Part shown: piece after piece, positions 57,417 to 64,000 of the stretch
Numbering within the stretch: position 1 is the first letter of the stretch
Layout: each line of letters opens with the position of its first letter
Assembly: GCA_965203175.1 (NCBI GenBank)
Contig: OZ241867.1
Span: forward strand, 1,952,001-2,016,000
Source of the DNA: Candidatus Latescibacterota bacterium
GTDB lineage: Bacteria; Latescibacterota; UBA2968; UBA8231
Direction: 5' to 3'
Length of the DNA stretch: 64,000 bases
The notes under the pieces: model-generated
Told to the model about the DNA's origin: nothing
The model's database searches: none
What the model saw: the letters and a program-made list of their open reading frames with translations, nothing else
Made by a program: the position numbers and the translations under genes

Positions 57417-58130
57417 TTATTCAGGGGGTGGCGGAGGCGCGCTTTGGATGATGGTCTCGATGAAGACTCCGCCGAATATCCAGATTAGCCACAAAAGCCC
57501 AAGCGTGAGGGTCGCCTTCCGCGCGGGCGCGTCGGCCAGCACGCTCAATCCGACGCCCATGATCCCAATTTGCCAAAGATCAAAGGGGTTGAGGGCCGTA
57601 AGGATCCGGCCGCCAAACGTGGCTGCGGCCTCCTCGGACAAAAAGAGGCCCAGCCCCAGATGCGCCCCGATGTCGCCCATCGCCAGCACCAGCACCGCCC
57701 GCACCGCCCACTCGACGGCCACCACTAACATCGCATACGCTTTGACTACCAGCATTTGCCGATAGCTGACCTCGGCTTGGAAAACGGAGCGCGCCAGCAT
57801 CAAAAGCACGCCTCCGACCACGACTAAGGAGAAAAAAAGCCCCACCGGGATCACCATCCAGCCATGCGCTTGGAACGCCTCCGCCTGCTGCCGCTCGGCC
57901 TCGTCCAAGCTCTCTAGCTGCTCTTGGACGGCCGGTGTCCCTACGTCGAGGGTCAGGTTATGGGCACCGATCCCCACCGCGCAGACGAGGAGGACTGGCA
58001 GCAACCAGTCGTGTGCGCTCTCTTGGTCGCGCACCGCTGCAAAAGCCGTGCGCGGCGCGTAAAACACGCGCTGTATCCGCTCGAAGAGGCTCAGATCTTC
58101 GGCGGCAAATCCCGGTCCGGTTGCGCTCAT
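57417..58130 (-). CDS. Yip1-family membrane protein
   Basis: VFYAPRTAF...WLLP, NPFDLW, about 5 TM segments. Confidence 0.8.
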   Translation of the reverse strand: MSATGPGFAAEDLSLFERIQRVFYAPRTAFAAVRDQESAHDWLLPVLLVCAVGIGAHNLTLDVGTPAVQEQLESLDEAERQQAEAFQAHGWMVIPVGLFFSLVVVGGVLLMLARSVFQAEVSYRQMLVVKAYAMLVVAVEWAVRAVLVLAMGDIGAHLGLGLFLSEEAAATFGGRILTALNPFDLWQIGIMGVGLSVLADAPARKATLTLGLLWLIWIFGGVFIETIIQSAPPPPPE

Positions 58131-58521
58131 TAGTCGTGTGTTTCCGTTTGTGCAAGTGAATGGACGGACAAACGGATTGGGCCGTCTATCCGGTTGTGAA
58201 TTCCTTTAATATAGAGGCCGCAGTGCCAATTCCAAACCAAGGAGTGGAGGGGATGAGATGGGTTTGAGCAGGTTGGACGGCCCGGAATAGGCAAATTAGT
58301 CGCTTGTGCTGCGGCTGAGATTGACTATATTAAGCCCGTCACTTGTCTCTGCAATAGTTGTAGGGGCGTTAATGCACCATGTTGGCAGTCGTTCGGATCC
58401 GCGTAGATTCCTACCCCCGGGCCTGATGTAGTTTTCCTACCGAAAAGCCTGAAGCAGTAGATTCCTACTCAAAGTTATTCGCACGTTCTGCTCTAACCGC
58501 ACATTGCAAAGGATTTTACCC

Positions 58522-58731
58522 ATGGCAGATCGCGAGAAGGGAACCGTAAAGTGGTTCAACGACGCGAAGGGCTTCGGATTTATCGAGCGCGAGAACGGCG
58601 AAGACGTCTTCGTCCACCACAGCGCGATCCGGGCCGAGGGTTTCCGCACCTTGTCCGACGGGCAGCAAGTGGAGTTTGAGGTCGTTCAGGGCAAGAAAGG
58701 CCCGGCGGCTGAGAGCGTCGTAGCACTTTAG
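58522..58731 (+). CDS. cspA: Cold-shock protein (CspA family)
   Basis: [15 protein letters not shown]...DVFVHHSAI...GFRTL. Confidence 0.95.
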   Translation: MADREKGTVKWFNDAKGFGFIERENGEDVFVHHSAIRAEGFRTLSDGQQVEFEVVQGKKGPAAESVVAL

Positions 58732-58750
58732 GCTTGTCCTGATATAGTGC

Positions 58751-58791
58751 AAAAGGGGGTGATGTGCACTGCATCACTCCCTTTTATTTTT
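58751..58791 (+). terminator. Rho-independent terminator
   Basis: AAAAGGGGGTGATG-TGCACTG-CATCACTCCCTTTT followed by ATTTTT. Confidence 0.7.
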
Positions 58792-58800
58792 GGAGTTTGA

Positions 58801-59070
58801 ATGAAAATTCGAATCGATAATCTATCTTCTGATACCACCGAGGACGACCTCCGCACGCTGTTTGAGCTGTTTGGGGCCGTCGCCGCTGTTACCATTGATC
58901 CGCGCCGCCGCTGGGGCCAAATCGACATGCCCAGCAAGGCCGCGGCCCGCGAGGCCATCGACATGCTCAACGGGCAACATCTCAAGGGCCTTGACCTGGT
59001 CGTCCAAGAAATGGTCGACCGCCCCTCCGCGCGCCCGCGCGGTAGGCCACGCAGGGGCCGAAGGCGCTAG
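58801..59070 (+). CDS. RRM-domain RNA-binding protein
   Basis: IDNLSSDTTEDDLRTLFELFGAV...AREAIDMLNG, Arg-rich tail. Confidence 0.85.
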   Translation: MKIRIDNLSSDTTEDDLRTLFELFGAVAAVTIDPRRRWGQIDMPSKAAAREAIDMLNGQHLKGLDLVVQEMVDRPSARPRGRPRRGRRR

Positions 59071-59073
59071 CCC

Positions 59074-60849
59074 CTATTCGTACCACTGAGCTTGTAGGCT
59101 GAACAAGCGGCTGTACTCTCCGCCTTGCCGCATCAGGGCCTCGTGCGTCCCTTGCTCGACTATTTGTCCGCCTTTGAGCACGAGGATCCGGTCGGCGGCG
59201 CGGGCTGCGCCCAGCCGGTGTGAGATCATCACCGAAGCCTTGCCCTTGGTCATTTCTCCGAAGCGCCGATAGACCTCGGCCTCGGCTTTGGGGTCGAGCG
59301 CAGCCGTCGGCTCATCCAGCACCACGAACTCGGCCGCTCGTACCAGCGCCCGAGCCGTGGCTAGCTTCTGCCACTCACCCGTAGATAAGTCAGCACCTCC
59401 TAGTTCCTTGCCCAGCAGGGCCTCGTACTGACCGGGCAACTCGGCGATAAACGGTGCTGCACCAGCTAGCTCGGCCGCCCGCTCGACAGAGGCTTCTTGA
59501 CCCAGCGTCCCAAAGGCGATGTTGTCTCGCACGGGAAATTGGAAGCGCACAAAGTCTTGGAAGACCGCGGCAAAAAGCTGCCGGACCCGATCTTGAGGAT
59601 AGGCCAAAAGCGGTTTGTCTCCGAGCAAAACCCGTCCTCCTGTCGGCTGGTACAGCCCCATCATCAGCTTGACCAAGGTCGTCTTGCCGGCCCCGTTTTC
59701 GCCGACTAGCGCGATGCGCTCCCCCGGCCGGATCTCTAGGTCGATGCCGGCGAGCACGAGGTCGCCGTCTGGATAGTGGAAGGACACCTGCTCAAAGCGC
59801 AGCGTCAGGTTTCTTAGGTCTTGGCCTGCGTCCGCAGCCCCTGGGGACGCTTGGGGTGCCGTCAGGTCGAGGAATTCGTAGAGATCCCCTAGATACAGAG
59901 ACTCCTCGTGCAGGGTGTTCAAGGAGCGCATGATCCCGCCGAGCTGCCAAGAAAACTGCTGCACGGCCCGCGCCAACATGCCGTACTGGCCGATAGTTAG
60001 CTGCGCTCCGGCGACCAACCAGACGAGGATCGTCAGGCAGCCGACGTATCCCCAGCCTCCGATGCTGGAGGTCAGCCCGCCGAGCCAAGCCCGCTTGGCC
60101 TCTAGCCCGCGTCGCTCCGTGGCCAGCGCGACGGCTTTCTCGCGCCAGGTGTCGAGCAAGTGGTCGCGCAGCGTGAAGAGCCGCACCTCCATGGCTTGTT
60201 CGCGCTCGGTCAGCAGTTCGCGGAAATAGGATGTCTCGCGGTATTGAGGAGTGCGTTCGCGATAGACGTAGTGCGTCTTTTTGCTGATCCACATCATCAC
60301 CCACACCCCTGGGACGGAGCCGATCAAGGTCAGCGGCCCCAAGGCCCAATGCCCGGTCAGCAGCACGCCTACGACCGCAGCCATCCCCCCCAAGGTGCCG
60401 ACCGTGTCCAGCGCCACGTTGAGCAGGCTGAGGAGCCGGCCGCTCAGGTCTTCGTTGGCCCGCTTGAGCGCGTCGTAGAACGCGGGATGCTCGAAGTGGA
60501 CTAATTCGACCTTCTGCACCTTGTCCACGACTTGCCGCTGTAAGCGCACGCTGACTCGGTCTTGGACATCTGTCTGCAAGACCGCCCGCACCATATCGAG
60601 CAGCATGTGGGTGAAGAGCGTGGCGAAAAAGCCGCCGACCCAAGGCAAGGTCTGTAAAAAAGCCGCTCGGCCACCGCCCAGCGCGGCGGCGAGTTGATCG
60701 ACGATTCGCCCGGTGAGCCACAGTTCCACGGCCGGCAGCAGCGAGCCGATCAGCACGATGATGGCCAGCCCACCCGTTCCCCAGGGATGGACGCGGAGCA
60801 CCTCCTTGAGGAGCGTGGGCAAGAGGCGTATCGCGCTCAGTCGCTTCAC
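59074..60849 (-). CDS. ABC exporter, fused TM + ATP-binding subunit
   Basis: GENGAGKTT, LSTGEWQK, LDEPTAALDP, ISHR. The GTG start overlaps the upstream stop. Confidence 0.92.
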   Translation of the reverse strand: MKRLSAIRLLPTLLKEVLRVHPWGTGGLAIIVLIGSLLPAVELWLTGRIVDQLAAALGGGRAAFLQTLPWVGGFFATLFTHMLLDMVRAVLQTDVQDRVSVRLQRQVVDKVQKVELVHFEHPAFYDALKRANEDLSGRLLSLLNVALDTVGTLGGMAAVVGVLLTGHWALGPLTLIGSVPGVWVMMWISKKTHYVYRERTPQYRETSYFRELLTEREQAMEVRLFTLRDHLLDTWREKAVALATERRGLEAKRAWLGGLTSSIGGWGYVGCLTILVWLVAGAQLTIGQYGMLARAVQQFSWQLGGIMRSLNTLHEESLYLGDLYEFLDLTAPQASPGAADAGQDLRNLTLRFEQVSFHYPDGDLVLAGIDLEIRPGERIALVGENGAGKTTLVKLMMGLYQPTGGRVLLGDKPLLAYPQDRVRQLFAAVFQDFVRFQFPVRDNIAFGTLGQEASVERAAELAGAAPFIAELPGQYEALLGKELGGADLSTGEWQKLATARALVRAAEFVVLDEPTAALDPKAEAEVYRRFGEMTKGKASVMISHRLGAARAADRILVLKGGQIVEQGTHEALMRQGGEYSRLFSLQAQWYE

Positions 60850-62654
60850 GACGCCTCCTGCTGGTACCACTGCGCCTGCAGGGAAAACATGCGCGCGTAT
60901 TCTCCACGGCGCTGCATCAGCTCGGCGTGCGTCCCCTCCTCCAGCACCCGGCCCTGGCTCAGGACCAAGATCCGGTCGGCCACCCGCGCCGAGGCCATGC
61001 GGTGCGAGACGAAGACCGCGGACTTGCCCTCGCTTAGGGCCAAAAATTGGCGAAAGACCTCCAACTCGGCGCGCGGGTCGAGGGCCGCGGTCGGCTCGTC
61101 AAACACGAGGACTTGGGCGTCGCGGAAGTACGCGCGCGACAGGGCCAGCTTTTGCCACTGGCCGCGCGATAGATCCTGCCCGCCCTCGAAGTAGCGGCCT
61201 AGCGTGGTGTCGTAGCGCTCGGCTAGGGACTCGATTAGCAGTACACTGCCGCCCGCAGTTGCGGCCCGCTCTACCCGAGCCTGATTGGCGAGGGCTTCGG
61301 CCTGGCCATAGCCGATGTTTTCGCGCGCGGTGCGCTGGTATTGCACGAAATCTTGGAAGACTGCGGCGCAGCGCTGGCGCAAGACCTGTGGGTCGATTTC
61401 ACGACCATCCACTCCATTGTAGAGGACGCGCCCCGCGCTCGGCTGATATAGCCCTAAGAGCAGCTTGATTAGGGTTGTCTTGCCGGCCCCGTTTTCGCCC
61501 ACTAGCGCGAGTTTTTCCCCTGGCCTAAGCCGCAAATTGACCCTGCTGAGCACGGGTGGCCCGTCGCCATAGGCAAACTCCGCGTCTTCAATTGCGATGT
61601 CCAGCGGTGCGCTCGGCAGGACTGTTTGGCCCTCCGGTTCGGGGGGCGATTCGACGAAGTCGCGCAAATCGCGGATGTGGAGCGTTTGCTCAAAGACGTC
61701 GCCCATCTGGCGCAGCAGTTGGAAGAGCGTGCCTTGGAAGCGCGTGATGGCCTCGGCAAGGGCGAAAAAGCCCCCCAAGGTCAGGGTGCCATAGGTGGCT
61801 TGGTAGAGCAAGATGACCAGCGATAAGAGCGCCGAAATGATGCCGCTCAGCCGCCCGCCGAACATGTAGCGCTGCTGGCGCAGGGTCAGTCGCAGGCGCT
61901 GCTGGCGGAGCGTTTGCGCCACCGCCTCCCAGGTGCGGACGAGGAGATCGCCCAGCCCGTAGAGCCGGACTTCCTTGGCTGCATCGCGGTCGGTCATCAG
62001 CTCGACCAAATACTCGGCGCGGCGTTGTTCGGGCGTCTGCTGGTAAAAGAGCGCGTAGATTTCGCGGCCCCGCCGAATTTGGGTGTAGAAAACCGGGGCC
62101 GTGCCCAAAAAGAGCACTAGCGGGATCGACCAGTGCCCAGTGGCAAACAGCGCGATTAGGGAGCACAGGACGACAAAACCTTCGAGCACGGCTGTGGCAT
62201 CGCGGAAGATGCCGTAGGCGCGGTAGTACGCGGCCTGCCGCGCCCGCTGCATGCGGTCGAAAAATTCTCGGCGCTCAAAGGCGTCCAAGCCCACGCCGGC
62301 CGCTCGGTCGAGGACTCGCTCTTGTAGCTTCCAGCTAGTCTGTTCCCGTATGGCCGCGCCCGCGTGTTCCTGCACCGCATTCAGCACGGCTTCCAACATT
62401 TGCAAGCCCGCCAAGCCGGCCAGCAGGGGGACCACGGTGACGAACTGGTCCTGGCCTTGGCCGAAGGCGGCGTGGACGGCATCGACGAGTTCCTTGATCA
62501 ACAGAATGCGCCCGGCTGGCAACAGGGCTGATAGGAACCGCCCGCTGGCGTTTAGGAGCATGGCCCAAGGTGCGCCGCGCCACAGGATGCCGGCGAACCA
62601 CATGAGGATCTGGCGCACTTCGCGGGGATGGATGTTGGGGGCGTTTTGATTCAC
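60846..62654 (-). CDS. ABC exporter, fused TM + ATP-binding subunit
   Basis: GENGAGKTT, LSRGQWQK, FDEPTAALDP, VSHR. Confidence 0.92.
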   Translation of the reverse strand: MNQNAPNIHPREVRQILMWFAGILWRGAPWAMLLNASGRFLSALLPAGRILLIKELVDAVHAAFGQGQDQFVTVVPLLAGLAGLQMLEAVLNAVQEHAGAAIREQTSWKLQERVLDRAAGVGLDAFERREFFDRMQRARQAAYYRAYGIFRDATAVLEGFVVLCSLIALFATGHWSIPLVLFLGTAPVFYTQIRRGREIYALFYQQTPEQRRAEYLVELMTDRDAAKEVRLYGLGDLLVRTWEAVAQTLRQQRLRLTLRQQRYMFGGRLSGIISALLSLVILLYQATYGTLTLGGFFALAEAITRFQGTLFQLLRQMGDVFEQTLHIRDLRDFVESPPEPEGQTVLPSAPLDIAIEDAEFAYGDGPPVLSRVNLRLRPGEKLALVGENGAGKTTLIKLLLGLYQPSAGRVLYNGVDGREIDPQVLRQRCAAVFQDFVQYQRTARENIGYGQAEALANQARVERAATAGGSVLLIESLAERYDTTLGRYFEGGQDLSRGQWQKLALSRAYFRDAQVLVFDEPTAALDPRAELEVFRQFLALSEGKSAVFVSHRMASARVADRILVLSQGRVLEEGTHAELMQRRGEYARMFSLQAQWYQQEAS

Positions 62655-62789
62655 GTCTAAGTCACCGCTATTTCAATTAACGCACGAATGTGCACAATCA
62701 CCACCCTGAGTCTCTCAAGTGCGGTAGTATTCTTTTTTTTTTACTCTTGTATTATCAATTAAAGCAGTCACCACCCCGAGACGCCGCTC

Positions 62790-64000
62790 ATGCACAATGT
62801 AGCGCTCGATTTACTCATCTTGCTCGCCGGGATTTGGCTAGTGGCCGTGACCTTGCGGCCGCTGGGTCTGCCGACGGTGATGGGCGAATTGATCGTCGGG
62901 GTGTTGGTGGGGCCGGCGGTTTTCGGCTGGATTGAGCCGGACGAGGCCATTCAGTTGTTGGCCGAGATCGGCATCTTCTTTCTGATGTTCCACGCCGGGG
63001 TGGAGACCCAACCCAACGAATTTTTCGCCGCGCTCAAGCGCTCGCTAGGGGTGGCGATAGCAGGGGCCGCAGTGCCCTTTGCCGTCAGCTTTGCCGTTGC
63101 CCAATTCTTCGGGTTGGATCTTGTCGCCTCCGTCTTCGTGGGGCTGATCATCGGAACCGCTACCGCAGTCGTAATCACCCTAAAAAGCTTCAAGGACTTG
63201 GGGTTGACCGATACTCGCATTGCGCGAGTCGTCGTCGCTAGTTGCATCATCAACGACCTTTTGACCTTGATCTTTTTTAGTCTCGTGATCGGCGCACTCT
63301 CCGGCGGCACCTTTGCCCCTTTGGACCTGGTAGTCAACTTGGGCAAGGTGGTGGGCTTTTTCGCGGTCGCGCTGCTTTTGGGCACCTTTGTCTATCCCCG
63401 GCTCACCTTGCCCTTCCGCGCCGAAGGCGGCAAAGGCTTCACCTTCGTGCTGCTGGCCGCCATTGCCGCCGGCCTTTTTGCCGAGGCCATTGGGCTGCAC
63501 ATGATCCTGGGTGCCTATTTGGCGGGTCTTTTCTTTGAGGAACGCGTCGCCCACCCCAATTTAGTCAAGGTGGTAAACGACCGCGCATACGGCATTGCCT
63601 ATTCATTCTTAGGGCCGATCTTCTTCATCTCGCTGGGCTTTTCCATTTCGTTTGACATTAGCGCGTCGAGCGTGGCGTTTATCGCGCTTCTGGCAGTGAC
63701 GGTCATCGCCGGGCAGGTGCTTAGTGCCGGTAGCATGGCGCTGCGCATTGGCATGCCTTGGCGAGAGGCACTGACGGTGGGCGTGGGCATGTGCGGTCGC
63801 GCCGAGATGGCGTTTATCTTGGCCGCGCTGGCCTTGGCGCAAGGGGTGATCGGTCAGGAGACCTTTACCATTTTGATCTTCACCGCGTTCCTGTTAAATC
63901 TCTTCACGCCGTTGGCGCTCAAGGGCTGCTCAGTCCTCCTAGAAGGCCGGGTGGCGCATGGAGGAGACACTCAGCTCGGGGTTTTTCAGAGCGACAAGTT
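62790..64000 (+). CDS. Cation:proton antiporter (CPA2/Kef-type), runs off the window
   Basis: Not in the ORF track. ATG 62790 gives MHNVALDLLILL...LGLPTVMGELIVGVLVGP...LAEIGIFFLMFHAGVE...GMCGRAEMA. Confidence 0.88.
   Translation, partial: MHNVALDLLILLAGIWLVAVTLRPLGLPTVMGELIVGVLVGPAVFGWIEPDEAIQLLAEIGIFFLMFHAGVETQPNEFFAALKRSLGVAIAGAAVPFAVSFAVAQFFGLDLVASVFVGLIIGTATAVVITLKSFKDLGLTDTRIARVVVASCIINDLLTLIFFSLVIGALSGGTFAPLDLVVNLGKVVGFFAVALLLGTFVYPRLTLPFRAEGGKGFTFVLLAAIAAGLFAEAIGLHMILGAYLAGLFFEERVAHPNLVKVVNDRAYGIAYSFLGPIFFISLGFSISFDISASSVAFIALLAVTVIAGQVLSAGSMALRIGMPWREALTVGVGMCGRAEMAFILAALALAQGVIGQETFTILIFTAFLLNLFTPLALKGCSVLLEGRVAHGGDTQLGVFQSDK

Noticed and set aside
59792-60907. 371-aa Arg/Ala-rich alternative-frame ORF
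   Set aside because: Overlaps the ABC exporter in another frame, with composition typical of off-frame GC-rich sequence.
59074-62654. Paired ABC exporters as part of a RiPP (lasso/lanthipeptide) cluster
   Set aside because: No precursor peptide or modification enzymes are adjacent.

Overview
Bacterial genomic window, moderately GC-rich. The gene content (FlgD-Ig/T9SS-like C-terminal domains, GT-C+TPR proteins, PhyH, Gfo/Idh/MocA) suggests an FCB-group lineage such as Ca. Latescibacterota; this is an inference. (1) 1-27.1 kb is a cell-envelope/secreted-protein locus: TPR and FG-GAP lipoproteins, a membrane spermidine-synthase-TPR fusion, a double-parvulin lipoprotein, four paralogous large proteins with a shared C-terminal 'F(T/S)PNGDG' domain (two are a recent tandem duplicate), a putative outer-membrane barrel protein and two GT-C+TPR glycosyltransferases. 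It also holds a redoxin that the ORF track splits at an in-frame UGA forming a UxxC motif with a SECIS-like hairpin (probable exported selenoprotein). (2) 27.1-44.5 kb is a minus-strand operon with a sigma-54-type promoter: membrane fusion protein, ABC ATPase, four MacB-type permeases, five accessory genes, then an NtrC-type regulator and kinase. Relics of the permease 3' end sit at several accessory-gene junctions. (3) 47.7-55.6 kb is an accessory island: BrnT toxin, a BrnA-like N-terminus fused to a nuclease-like protein, an OLD-type ATPase-TOPRIM, GNATs, a MazG-like enzyme, three related attC-like palindromes and an IS5-family element. (4) The rest is ordinary housekeeping genes. No rRNA, tRNA or CRISPR array was seen.
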